From NCBI GenBank assembly GCA_039096225.1, contig JBBPEB010000007.1, positions 62,001 to 126,000 of the forward strand: DNA of 64,000 bases. Direction: 5' to 3'. Position 1 is the stretch's first letter. Each line of letters begins with the position of its first letter. This DNA comes from Blastocystis sp. Blastoise (taxonomy: Eukaryota; Protista; Bigyra: Opalinata). Position numbers and translations under genes: made by a program. Positions 1 through 13,515 of the stretch are shown here, piece by piece. The notes beneath the pieces are model-generated. The model worked only from the letters and a program-made list of their open reading frames with translations, had not been told where the DNA came from and searched no databases.

Positions 1-377
1 GATATAATAAAAAAGTATAATGGAATATATTTATAGATATATATATAAAGTATACTAAATATGATATATACATGTACATAGAGGAATAGAGAGAATATAT
101 ATATTTAAATGGATATATAAGGTATTTCTTCTTTTGGTTTATCAATAAAATAAGCAAGAAGACAACGTAAGGTAGCTTGATGAGATACCACAATAGTAGG
201 CTTTGTTGTTCTCTCTAATTCAAATATAACTGGCTCTAATCTCTCAATTAAATCATTATAACTCTCTCCTTGAGGATATCTGAAATTGAGTTTATCTTTC
301 TTTCGTTGAGAGGATAAATCTGGATATTTAACTCCCATCTATATATTATATGTATTATAAATAATAATAAAAATAAT

Positions 378-413
<36 letters not shown>

Positions 414-2034
414 TTCAGCATAAGTAAGATCTTCACATATACCAGCATCAATTTCATTTAATGCACTCCATTTAACACGGGAATAACACTCTATTTGTTC
501 TGCTGTTTGAATAGTACGTCGTAATTTACTGGTCCAAACAGCTAATTTATTAGGATCACATTCCTCTAAGGTAGATATATATCTATATATATATATATAT
601 ATTATTATTCAAAGATATTATATATTTATCTCTTGTTTACAATAAGAATATATGTAACTATTATAATGTTACTCTATATAAATACTTGGCAAGTTCTCTT
701 GCATATTGTTGGCCATAGAGAGACAGCATACTATCTCCTCCTATTCTATCTTCCAGATTATAGGTAGTTTGACCGTGACGTGTTATATAGATAGGATGAG
801 GGGCAGGATGAAGATTCTATATATATATATATATATTACGGTTTATATATATATTTAGACAATAAAATTATATATATATCTAAATAATTCATAAAGAATA
901 AAAAATAAAATAGCAGTAATACACATAAATATATATATATATATATATTCATACAATAACAAGAGAGATAATATTAGTAGCTAAATAACCACGGATATTA
1001 TTGAGAATAAATCGTTTTCGTTTTTGTTCGCTCATATCATATATACAATAACTACGGTTAACTTCTTCATTATTATCTAAGGATTGATATCTATATATAT
1101 ATATTATTGAATATAATCAATAAGAAATATAAAGAAATAAAATGATATATATAATAATAAATATATATATAATATATATTAATAAATATATAAATAATAA
1201 AATATAATAGAATAATAATATAAAAATAAACATAAGAACACAATATATACACATCATAATAATATTGTGCTTTCTTTTCGAATTTCTGTAAGGCTTCTTC
1301 TTCATCTAAACCTAAATATTCAACGGAATCCAATTTCTCCTCACGGAATTTCGTACGACGCAATTCAGGATCATTCAGTTGCATTTCAATCCATAAAGGA
1401 GCATGACAATTTGGCTATTTATTATATTATTATATATTTATTATCATTATTAAAAATATTTATTAAAATAATACTTATTAAAATAATACTTATTATCATT
1501 ATTATTATAATTATAATTATCATTAAAAATATTTTTACATATAAAACAGTATAAAAATAAAATATATACTTCATCTAGAATTCGTTGTTCTATTCGATCA
1601 CGATCTACTTTACGAACACTAGAATTATCAAGAATAGCTACTTGACCTCCAGTATTCAAATATCTGAATATATCATTCAACGTACAATCTTCAATTGCTT
1701 CACGTATCTTTAAAGCTTCTTCATTTTTATAATCAAAAAATTCTGCAGGAACAACAGCATATTGAGGAAATTTAGTTTTACGAGTCTCATTAACAGTAAA
1801 TACTTGACATCGATATCCTTTCCAATTCAAAAATCGTCTAATTTTCTGAGCAATGAATGTTTTACCACAACCAATGACTCCACACATACAAATAACTAAT
1901 TTTACACCATCATCTAGAGATATAACTCCACCTAATCCAGGAACACCATATCGTGTACCAGTTTCTTCTTCAAGTGTTCGAGATCGTCGACGACGAGTTG
2001 TCGGAGCAGGCCCATTATTGTAATCAAAACTCAT
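1..2034 (-). CDS. PFKFB: Bifunctional 6-phosphofructo-2-kinase/fructose-2,6-bisphosphatase, multi-exon; 3' end runs off the window
   Basis: P-loop-like 'MCGVIGCGKTFIAQK', 'GGQVAILD', phosphatase 'TRHGQ', 'YPQGESYNDLIERLEP' and 'VVSHQATLRCLLAYF'. GT-AG introns restore frame. Confidence 0.92.
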
Positions 2035-2684
2035 TTCTTAATAGATAAAGAAAGATCAAAAATTGTATTTTTTGATATTCTTTTCAGCTTTGACAAAAAA
2101 GGATGAAAGCAGAAACAAATGGCGTTTTGAAAAATGATTTGTGTTTTAGTGTAAATAGAGAAATAATCGTAAGAAAAACAGATTCTCCTTTTCTTAGATA
2201 GAGAATTCGTTGAGAACTCTAATGAAATAATGATATTCTTTTATTCAACAAATTTTTAATGTTATGTATGTAATTAGAATTTCTTTTTTAAAGAATAGGA
2301 TTATACTATAATTTTAATCTGCATTTTAACTATACTTTGAATGTTCGACTCATAGTTATTGTAAATATATATATTAATAATAATAAATTTAAATTGTTAA
2401 CAAACAAATGAAATATACACATATAATTACAATTCGAATATATTAATATAAAGATAAATTCAGAACTCCATCAAGAAAAAAAAAGAGAAAGGTCATGAAT
2501 AATATATATTTTGATAGTCATAAAAGAATCTAAATCTAAATAAGAAAAAATAGAATAGATTAATTATAAATAATGATTATATATAATATATACTTTATAG
2601 TTTTGAGTATTTTGATATTTTAAAAGTTTAAAAAATAAATTGTATTTATTTATTTATTTAAAATATATATAGTTATTTGATGAT

Positions 2685-3308
2685 TTATAAAGTAGCATCA
2701 AGTTCTTTGATTTCATTATAAACTTCATCATATTTCTTCTTTTCATCAAAATCTTTATTAAGTACAATATGAACAACACTGGTAGGTCTCTTAGTAGTAG
2801 CAGATTCACCTAATTCTTCCTAAATAAGAATATTATTAAAAATAAAATGTCTTTTATTCATAAAAATATAAATATATTTTTATAATTCATTTTTTTTATT
2901 CAATATGATAATGATATATATATATATATACTTTGGTAGGAATGAAAACATAGGGAATACTGTTATCTTCACATAATACAGGAATATGAGAAATAACATC
3001 TACAGGATAAATATTACCAGCTAAAATAACGAGTCTAAAGAACGATATTTAGATTATGAACAATAGACTAAAATAGAAAAAGAGTGTTTCGAAGAAAATA
3101 AAAATAAATTATAGTCTATATACCCCTTTTCACCCTTTCTGATGGATTTGATGACTTCTTTAACACCTCTACGAAGACACTTTGATTTAGCAGCCTTCTT
3201 GACAATCTTGAAAACCTTCTTAGTCAATTTCTTTCCAGCTAAGGGTTTTGCAATAGGAGTCATATAAGTGGGACCAGTCACAATTTGTTCACTTTCACTA
3301 TCAGACAT
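2685..3308 (-). CDS. NHP2: H/ACA snoRNP subunit NHP2 (L7Ae family), 3 exons
   Basis: 'PIAKPLAGKKLTKK...LRRGVKEVIKSIRKGEKG|LVILAGNIYPVDVISHIPVLCED...RPTSVV'. Two GT-AG introns. Confidence 0.9.
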
Positions 3309-4022
3309 ATTTATTAATTCACGTAGAGTTAAAAATAAAACATTAAACAGTTTTATGGAATTTAAGACCATAAAAAGAACCACGACTTTTATCATTTTAT
3401 ACTTGGATCTCTCTATTTTTTCATATTTTTTATTATGCTTTGTTTTCTTATTGATCTCTAAGATTTATTAGAATGTTGATATAATGTACATTGTTTTTAT
3501 GTTATTTGGAATGAATAACAATGATGTAGAAGAGAATAGTGTCAGATATAGAAATATTGACTTGTTGTTATAATTGGTTCATTTGTATATTATTCATATC
3601 ATGAGATGATATTCAATCATTTAAATGAATTAAAAATGAGCTATAGGAAACATTATGAAACTGTATGTCTTTCATCAACTTGAAAAACGATTTAAAATTA
3701 CTCTTAATTGCATGTTCATTTAATAAACATCATTTTTATAACATATATACTAAATTTATCTCTGAATGATACAAGAAAATATATAAAATATCAATGAAAT
3801 ACATAGGAGAGAATATACAATAGGTGGTAATAGCAAAACATGAATTAGAGATAGCCATTATCTTCTTTCTACAAGAAGATATACGCTCAAAACTTGAAAA
3901 ACACATTTGCTTTTTTATCTTTTTAAATAGTATTCATCACATTCCATTTCATTTCTATCTCAAATTTTACATCCAGAGTATCTGATAAACATTAGAAGCA
4001 TAAAAAATTATTATTTAAAGCA

Positions 4023-4529
4023 ATGGAAAATGATATCGTTGATGAAACATTTGTTGAAATCTTATGTATATTTATTATATCATTATCTAATATCATCTAT
4101 AATAGATTCAAATGAACTTTTATTACTAACTTCGTTTTTTTCTTCAGAATGTAAATTCTTTGTTCTTACATATCCTTTATTCTTATTCTAAAATAATCTA
4201 CGTATTATTTAAATCCTTAATTGAAGCTACAAAACGATATTTAGTTTATTATGATGATAAAAACAATTTTTTAATGGATGCCAGCAAACCAAAGTGTGCT
4301 TGGCATATTGAAGATATCGAAAAAATATGTAATTCGTCTCTTGATAAGGATATGATTGAAATTCACCTGGATGATGTTGTATATTTTTCTTTTTAATTAG
4401 TTTTTAACCTTTATTTTTAATGAAATTTGTTTGTAATTCTTCAATTTCTATTCAATATAGTTATTTTTTCTTCGTTCTTCTGAAACAAAAGATCTCGAGA
4501 AACAAATTTTTATGCTATATAGCATATAA
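4023..4529 (+). CDS. Small PH-domain-like protein, 4 exons, one intron of AT-AC type
   Basis: Spliced reading 'MENDIVDETFVEILYSNELLLLTSFFSSECKFFVLT|KRYLVYYDDK...KPKCAWHIEDIEKI...IEIHLDDV|LFFLRSSETKDLEKQIFMLYSI*'. The FVLT..LVYY and FFLR motifs are PH-like. Confidence 0.6.
4170..4230 (+). other. U12-type (minor spliceosome) AT-AC intron, 61 nt
   Basis: 5' end ATATCCTTT, branch-site-like TCCTTAAT at 4214-4221, terminal AC. Removal joins CTT AC|A AAA in frame. Confidence 0.85.
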
Positions 4530-5137
4530 TACTCATCATATTAATGAGATTAATATTTTTGTCAAATAATTGCATGATATATATTATGAATATAAGTATC
4601 AAAATATCGATACTATAAATAGCAAATAAATTCCTATAACAAAAACAAAAATAAAAAGTATCTAAAAACATATGAAAAACAACTATAATTTTCAATGAAA
4701 TCAACTATTTACTAGTTATATCATCATGTTTTCATAATAGCAATAACTTCCAATAATCTCATCTTTATTATTGAAATTTATAAAAATATTTGGTTAATCA
4801 ATTGTTTATTAACATATATTTATATCTTGTTTACATATATATTTATTTTTATAAGTACTTTTATTTATTTAAATACTCTAAAATGGTACTCAAATACTTA
4901 ATCTATAATTTTTAGTTCATTTTCATATCTTTTTTATTACTCTATGTTTTAGCTATACAGTTCTAGAGAGATCAAGATAGTTTGTCTTTCAAGAAAAATA
5001 TTCATTATTATATTAAAATGCCAAATAAAAAAATGAACAGAAAAACCGTAAAAGATTTATCATTCGGAAAACTATCATTTTATTGTCTCGTAACGTAGAT
5101 TCTTTGTTAATCAATCTTCTATATTAATAACAATACA

Positions 5138-6331
5138 ATGAGTGAAAGCTTGAATATAGAACCATTAAATTTAGAACAAATGGAACAATCGTTATCTGCT
5201 GAAGTGAATAATGAAAGTGCGTCTACATCTTCAGAAAATGTAAAAGTTGAGAACACGTCTATTGATTCTTCCAATATCTTAATTGATAACGTAAATAATT
5301 CATCTTCCGTTTCTGATGAAGTAGAAATAGTGAATGAAAAGGCTAAATCTATTATTAGTCAATACACATCAGTATTGAAATGTACTAAAGATAAATTATG
5401 TGATGAAATTGAAAAATGTGACAAGATCATAAACGATGCTTATTCTACATGCATAGCTGAGTTAGAAAGTATTGATTATTCTTCTAAGGATTGTATTCCT
5501 CGATGTACTTCTTTGAATCCTACCTCATTGATTCATTCTTCTGTTTTTGATTCCGATTATCATGTGATCGTTGGATTTGTAAACAGTGACGTTACTTATA
5601 GTATACCTTTAAGTGTTCTTAGTGTATATCCTAGTAATATAATTTATCAGTATTTCTTAGATGGTACTCATCGTAATTCAAAGAATGAGATTTTCCTTGA
5701 TCATGATGATATATTATTTACTTATATTATTGAATATATGAAGACAGGTCATATTGACTTTGAAGAAATTGGAGATACTTATATTTATCAATTATATTCT
5801 GATTTAAGTTATTATCATTTACCTATTCCTCTTCGTATTCGTTATTATAAGAATAAAATAGAAATAGAAAAACGTTGGAATATGCCTGAAATAAAGATGG
5901 AGGTAAATCATATAGTTTATACTATAAATCGTAGTCGTTTGGCTTCCTTACATATTATGCATAGTTATTTTAATAATGAACCTGATTTATCTTTAGATTA
6001 TCACTATAATAATGATGTTTTAATTATGAAGAAACCTGTTCGTTATTTTAAATATATAGTGGATTATATTCAAAATGGAGTTCTAGATATAGAAAGTGAA
6101 GACCTCGATTATATTCAAGATATTAAGAAAGAATTTAGTGTGTTTAATATTAATATGAAAGAAGAAGTATGGATTCAATATTTACCCGTTTCCTCTTATT
6201 TCCCTGATTCAAATATACTTAATGATAATTATATTAATATATTATTGGAATGGATAGGAAAAGACAAAAAATGGAAATTATTATATAAGTATATTATTAT
6301 TATTTATGTTATTTATTCTTTTATATTTTTA

Positions 6332-6362
<31 letters not shown>

Positions 6363-7198
6363 TTTATTTTTATTTTTATTTTTATTTTTATTTTTATATT
6401 TTCTATCCTAAGATTATATGATTATTTATGTTGTTTATTCTTGTTTTTTTTTTTCTATCCTCTGATTTTATTTTGTTATTTATTTTTTATTTTATTTTAT
6501 CATTTATTTTCTATTCTCTGATTTTATCTTTTTATTTTTTTTTTAATTTTATTTTATCATTTATTTTCTATCCTAAACTATTATATAAATAAATAGAGGT
6601 TCTCGTGATGGATTCTTAGCTTCGGAGTTTCATGAGAAATGTGATGAGAAAGGAGAAAATATTGTATTAATACGTAATAATAATAATGGAGAAAAGAATG
6701 TATTTGGAGGATATACTTCCAAGTCATGGTTGTCCTGTATATATATATTATAAAGAATACATTCTATGTTGAATATTCTAAAGCATATATTCTATATTAT
6801 ATATATATTATCAATTCTCTATATATAGTTCATAATAATATATATATATATTAAATTTTCTATAAATAATTAATATAGATCGTGGTTATACATATGATGA
6901 GAAAGCCTTTTTATTTACATTAAAGAATCCATTTAATTTGGCGCCTTTACGTTTACCTTGTATAAATCCCGCCAAAGCTATTTTTAATAGTGAAACTTAT
7001 GGTCCTGTATTTGGTGATGGAAATGATATAGTTATAAAGAATGAGTGTAATATGGAACGAGGGGGATGGATCAATTGCCTTGGAACCAAAGGATATGCCA
7101 ATAAGACCGACCAAGGAAACTCATTATTTGTTAATACAGGAAATCCTACAGAAGGTAATTTCTTTAAAGTCGATGAAATTGAAGTCTATGGATTATAA
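5138..7198 (+). CDS. BTB/POZ (KCTD-like, probably two copies) plus C-terminal TLDc domain protein, 3 exons
   Basis: 'IFLDHDDILFTYIIEYMKTG' and 'YFKYIVDYIQNG' (BTB_2-like). TLDc motifs 'KWKLLY|RGSRDGF...FHEKCD...VFGGYTS', 'AFLFTLKN', 'GPVFGDGND' and 'FKVDEIEVY'. Confidence 0.85.
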
Positions 7199-8373
7199 AT
7201 TATTAAAATAACTAACATTCTCATATTATGTTGTTTTTATTACTGTTTCTATAGTAATTATTATTTTTTTATATTTCTTATTATTTATTTATTTATTATA
7301 CTCTTTTTTTCATTCTTAACATCAATTCATATATATATATGTTTTTACCTTCATATATATGTATGTATATATCTAACATATTATTTTCATTCTCCTCGAA
7401 TTCAATATTTGAATAATATATTTTTATATTCATTATTATCCATTAAAATCAGTATGTAACATATTAAAGAGTATAGTTCCATCTCATAATCAATAATTTA
7501 TAAATAATTCCATTAACATCAAAATAAATATTGCAAAAAAACTTTATTTTATTTTTCTATTTTATTATAAATATGTTTTTCTATACTATTTATAAATTTT
7601 AAATATTTTATAAGGAATCACATTTCATCACATACGTAAATGTATGCAATAAAGACATTTTTTTATATTCTTTAATATACTCTATGTCTTAAAATATAAG
7701 AATATAATGAATTTTAATATAAAGAATAACAAAACATAATTCCACTAAGTTTTTTCAACAAAAAAGCAAATATACGCTAAAACTCTATTCTTCAACTAGT
7801 TTTTATTAATATTCATCTGTAACTGTAATATAAATTAATGTATAATATATTTTTGAATTCTCAAATGTATTCATAACATTACTTATATACTTATTAGTCA
7901 TATAAATAGCTTTGGGTGATTATTAAACTCATCATTAAAATATTCTCATTTTTAGTTTATTTCTTTGCTTTTTATGATGCTATAAAGTTAAAATAAAATG
8001 TTTTTTATATTAAATTAAGTGATTAAAAATAAATAATGACTTCAATTTGATGAATAAAAGTTTTTTTGATTTCTAATCGAAGCTTTATAGAAACATATAC
8101 AATCTCTTGTAGCATATATAGTTTATTGTGTTAGATCTATGTATAGAAAAAGTTATGAAAGAAGAAAATAATCGTAAATAAATGGAAAAAATGACTGTAA
8201 AAATTTCATCAAAAAATGAAGAGTGGGGTGGGGGTAAACAAAAGAAATGAATAAAAAAGCAGTGATGTTTCTATGGAGTCGAAAATCATGGGGGTAATTT
8301 TGTGAGAAAAATCACTTTTCACAAAACCTCTCCACAAATAACCTTTTAATTTAATTCTCCACACAAATACAAC

Positions 8374-9514
8374 ATGGGTCGTGTTATTAGAGGTATGTAA
8401 TTAGGTTTATTTAGTATTACCAAGTTGAATCTAAAAAAAGAACTATTTTTTAATCTCTTCCGTTACAAGAAATGATTAATCGATTGTTTCATAACAAATA
8501 AATTCAATTCAAACTTTCAAATTTATCCTATATTAATCATGAATGTCTAGAGGACAAAGAAAGGGTGCCAAAGGTTCCGTTTTTATGGCTCACACTCACC
8601 ATAGAAATGGTCCTGCCCGTTTCCGTAATTTAGATTTTGCTGAACGTCATGGTTTTATCAAGGGTACTGTAAGAGATATCATTCACGATTCTGGTCGTGG
8701 TGCTCCTCTTGCTAAGGTTGAATTCCGTGATCCTTACATATATATTTCCTTCTTTTTTATCTTCTATTTATAATGAATTATTTTGTAATTATTTGCATAT
8801 TTGAGATATTATTTTAAATACATTTAAGTCATTTATTTAGTGAATAAATAAAACAGAACAATATATATATCAAATAATATTTTTTTTTTTTTTTTTGATA
8901 ATTTAATATTTATATATATTTGTATCCTTACCGTTATGAAAAGGATAAGGAATTATTTATTGCTGCTGAAGGTATGTACACTGGTCAAACCCTCTTCTGT
9001 GGTAAGAAAGCTCATATTGGTGTTGGTAACATCCTCCCCGTCAATGAAATGCCCGAAGGTACTGTTGTCTGCAACGTAGAAGCTAAGGTTGGTGATCGTG
9101 GTACTCTTGCTCGTACTTCTGGTAACTATGCTACCGTCATTGGTCATTCTGATGATAAGGCTCAAACTTATGTTCGTCTCCCCTCTGGTGTTAAGAAGAC
9201 TATTCCCGGTGAGTATGTTGTTATATTATTTTATTTTATTTTATTTTTATATTTTTTATTTTCAATTCACTATATATATATGCTTTAACAAATAATTATA
9301 CTAAATAATAATAATTATAATCTGTTTATATAGTTGCCGTGCTATGGTTGGTATTATTGCTGGTGGTGGTCGTATGGATAAACCCCTTCTTAAGGCTGGT
9401 CGTGCTTTCCACAAGTATCGTGTGAAGCGTAATGCTTGGCCTAGAGTATGTGAATTATATATATTAATATATTTATTAAATTATATTTATAATTTTATTT
9501 TTTTTCTTCTTATA

Positions 9515-9551
<37 letters not shown>

Positions 9552-9926
9552 CTAGAACTAGAGGTATTGTCATGAACCCCGTTGATCACCCTCATGGTGG
9601 TGGTAACCACAAGCACATCGGTAAACCTGCTTCTAGACCTCGTGGTGCTCCTCCAGGCCAAAAAGTATTTATTATTATTAATATCAATATTTCAATATAT
9701 ATATATATATATTATTTTGTCTTTGATTAAAATAAATAAGAACAGCCATCAGAGTCAATGATGCTGACAATCTTATAGCACCCTTATATGAGACATATAA
9801 TGATTATTTTATTTATTATTTCTCTTTTTTTTTTTTTTAATTTATATTTTTATAATATTTCCTAAAAAAGTTGGTCTCATTGCTTCCCGTCGTACTGGTC
9901 GTATCCGTGGTCGTATTGATGCTTAA
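8374..9926 (+). CDS. RPL8: 60S ribosomal protein L8 (uL2), 6 exons
   Basis: MGRVIRGQRKGA..., '[14 protein letters not shown]', '[13 protein letters not shown]', '[16 protein letters not shown]'. Introns about 8393-8552, 8738-8931, 9213-9333, 9446-9556 and 9665-9869; three are non GT-AG as assembled. Confidence 0.97.
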
Positions 9927-10360
9927 TCTTAAAACCCTTTCAATCATGTGTGGATTTGGAATTACATTGATTTTTTGTTGTGTTCATTTTCAATTATTTT
10001 AAAAATATAATATCTTCTAACAACCTTAAAACAATCAATCTATTATATTATAAACCATGTTGAATATTTTTTTTTTGATAAATTAAGATTCTTAACAAGT
10101 AATAATTACTGAAAGATCTATAGAAACTCTTATAGAGAAATCACAAATATTAAACATAAAAAATGAATGGCTGAGTCTCTTTATACTGAAAGGAGCCGGT
10201 TTAAGTGGATTATCCATTAGAATTCTATAAACCCTTTACGTGGCAACTTCTTTCATCGACTGGTTTTTATGTCCATAATCGAAATCTGAAGAATTCCATT
10301 GATAGAACAATAGTTTGTTCACTTTTTTATTTTAAATCTACGTTCTTGTTATATTTATTT

Positions 10361-11101
10361 ATGAGTAATAATCCTGAAAACACAAGGACAATGAAGTCAA
10401 GTGATATATCTCCTGTTCAAACTACAGCTATACATAACTCTCCTCATTCATTACCTGGGACACCACAGTTTCCTCCAAATAATGCATGCCCAATATTTGG
10501 AAATGAAATGCTATACAGTGATGCGCTAAATCCATATTATAATATAAGCCAAGAAACAATGAATGCTTTTCTTAGTACTCACCCAATGCCACAATATATT
10601 CCTGATTATCAAAAATATCAGATGAATATGCATTCTAAGATTATTGAAGATCAAAAGAAACGTCTTAGTAAAAAAATTAGTGATAAACGTACATCTTCTT
10701 CAACTATCAACCCTACTTGCCCTTATATCGATCAAAAACAACCTAAATCATTAGGTGCTCGTCCTTTCCATGGATTTGGAAGAATTGAAAGTAGGGAATA
10801 TGATGATCATTATTCTTTATTGATTGATTTACCTGGTATGACAAAAGATACTATTCAAATTGAAATTGAAGGCGATGTTCTTATTGTCTCTTGCTATAGA
10901 CCTGAAAAAGTTGAAAATGCGAAATATAAGATTATATATACGGAGAGAATGGTTGGTGAATTTGAAAGAAAATTTGAAATACTAAGTGATATTGATAAAG
11001 ATTCTATTAAGGGTGATTATCGAAATGGTGTATTAGTTATTGACTTTCCGAAGAAAGTAGTTCAAGTCAAAACTGAACGAAAGAAGATTAATTTGAATTA
11101 G
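10361..11101 (+). CDS. Small heat-shock protein (HSP20/alpha-crystallin domain), intronless
   Basis: 'IDLPGMTKDTIQIEIEGDVLIVS...ERMVGEFERKF...IKGDYRNGVLVIDFPK'. Confidence 0.9.
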   Translation: MSNNPENTRTMKSSDISPVQTTAIHNSPHSLPGTPQFPPNNACPIFGNEMLYSDALNPYYNISQETMNAFLSTHPMPQYIPDYQKYQMNMHSKIIEDQKKRLSKKISDKRTSSSTINPTCPYIDQKQPKSLGARPFHGFGRIESREYDDHYSLLIDLPGMTKDTIQIEIEGDVLIVSCYRPEKVENAKYKIIYTERMVGEFERKFEILSDIDKDSIKGDYRNGVLVIDFPKKVVQVKTERKKINLN

Positions 11102-11510
11102 TATTATTGTTGTATTCCATAAAAAAAATATTCTTTTCTATTCTCTCTTTTCATCTTTTCATCTTTTGATTCTTTTGTAGTTACTATTCATTCTTATCTA
11201 ATAGTATTCTAGTTGCATTGGCATTCACTTTTCTATGTTAATATGGTTTATTTTATTATTAATCTACTTTTTATTTGTATGAGATATCTTGTCTTAATCT
11301 ATTTTCTACGTTTTTAAAAATATTTCTGTGTTCATTTGTTATGTAAAAATTATGTTTTGTTTCATTCGTTTGATAAACAATGATGGTACTAAAATACATT
11401 TCTTCTCAAGTACTTGTACAAAGGTATTAATGTAAAATCAATAAAAACAACACAATTTGGAGGGAACTTATGAAGGACTTTTTTTATTATTTTCTTTTCA
11501 CATAAATAGA

Positions 11511-13303
11511 ATGTCATATTGCATAGATGAGTGCGCAATCTGTCAGTCTACACTTGGTGAAGGGAAAATAGGTGTATTTAATTGTGGTCATTGTTTTCAT
11601 GTCAATTGTATTGAACAATTATTTCAATCAAAACTCAATTATTCTGTTTATACGCATCATAAGTGTCCTGTATGTATGAACCAAATTGAAAATTACTATA
11701 CTATATTTGGACTCATTTCACAACAGAAACATGGTGTTAGTATATATATATATTTTATTTTTATTATTAACTATTCTAGTTGAATCAATTGATGTAAAAA
11801 ATATGTCAGAAAATGATATTAATAAAGCTTATAGTGTATATTTTTCGTTTTTTTTTAAATTTTAAATATATATTCATAGGATTTATATCAGGAATATTTG
11901 CATGAGAAACATCTTCGTATTGAAGAAGAACAAATAAATAAAAAAAGTATACAATTGTTTTTATTTTTATTTTTTTAAATTGTTTTTATAGAAACTGATG
12001 AAATTGCATCATTTCAGTTGAAGCTTGAAGAATATCAACAATTTCCAGAAGTATTAAATTTATTAGAATTCTGTCTATTTATTATATATAGAAAATAGAA
12101 GAATTAAAAACAAAACTCAATGATGAAATACAAAAGAATATGGTATATATATATAATTTATAAAAGATTTTTTGTTTTGTTTTAGAAATATATAACAAAC
12201 TATAACAAATTGAAAGATCAATTTAATCAAGTATATATATATATATTGTATTGAAGATTATATATAATAATGTATATTAATATGTAATAATGTATATTAA
12301 TATATAATAATATATTATATTATATAATAATATATAAATAATAATGTATATTAATATGTAATATTAATATATATTAGTATATAATAATAAATAATATATA
12401 ATAATAATGTATATTAATAATATATAATAATAATATATGATAATAATATATGATAATAATGTATATCAATATATAATAATATAAAATAATCTATATATTT
12501 ATATATAGATATATGAGGCCTATATTCCTTTATATACCAGTAAGCGTTTGACGTCCCTCACGTCCCTCATGAATCCCTCCTCTGAAGAGTTTAGTGTTCT
12601 TGATAAAGAGTATCTCGGATATCTTAACGGCAAGGGGGATCTCACCTCAACACGGAAGGAATTCCTCAATTATGTACATGGAGTACGTAACAGCAATAAT
12701 CAACATTATATGGAGTATATATATATATATAATATTATTTTTTAATTCTTTTAGTGTAATTAATGAAGCCGAGAAGAAGAGAAGAAGTAATGAAATAAAA
12801 ATAACTGTATGTATTATTATTAATATATATATATATATACCTTTATAGAAATTAGAAATGAAAATTGAGCAATTTGAAAACAAGAGAATTCAAGAACAGA
12901 AAGAAGTATATTTATTTTTCATAATTTCTTAGAATTATATATAAATATATTATTGAAATACTCTTTCGACTTTATTCTTTGTATATTATTATATAGAAAC
13001 ATAATTTACGTCATTTATATAAACAACAAATTAAAAAGAATACTATTTGTATATCAACATAATATCTATTATATATTATATATTACTATTATTATTATAG
13101 TATTAACAGAAAATCAGAGATTGAATGATAAACTATCGTATATAGAATATTATATATGTTTATATATATACAATTTCTTCTAGTCATCTTAGTATATCGC
13201 AAATAAAGGCTTCTATTCCTACTGTTTCTCCTTCTCCTTCTTCTTCTCCTATTAATCGATATAAATCAACATCAGAGTCTTCAGTGAAACAGTATCACTC
13301 TGA

Positions 13304-13383
<80 letters not shown>

Positions 13384-13469
13384 GTGATTCAATAGATATT
13401 GATATTGATGATATTAATGATAATGATATTAATGATAATGATAATGATAATATTAATGATAATATTAAT

Positions 13470-13515
<46 letters not shown>

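Noticed and set aside
8922-8929. GTATCCTT resembling a U12 5' splice site in RPL8
   Set aside because: It lies at the 3' end of intron 2 and is explained by the duplicated Asp-Pro-Tyr coding sequence. Using it as a donor would delete conserved protein.
10110-10310. Heat-shock element upstream of HSP20
   Set aside because: Only scattered GAA/TTC units without a clean three-unit alternating array.
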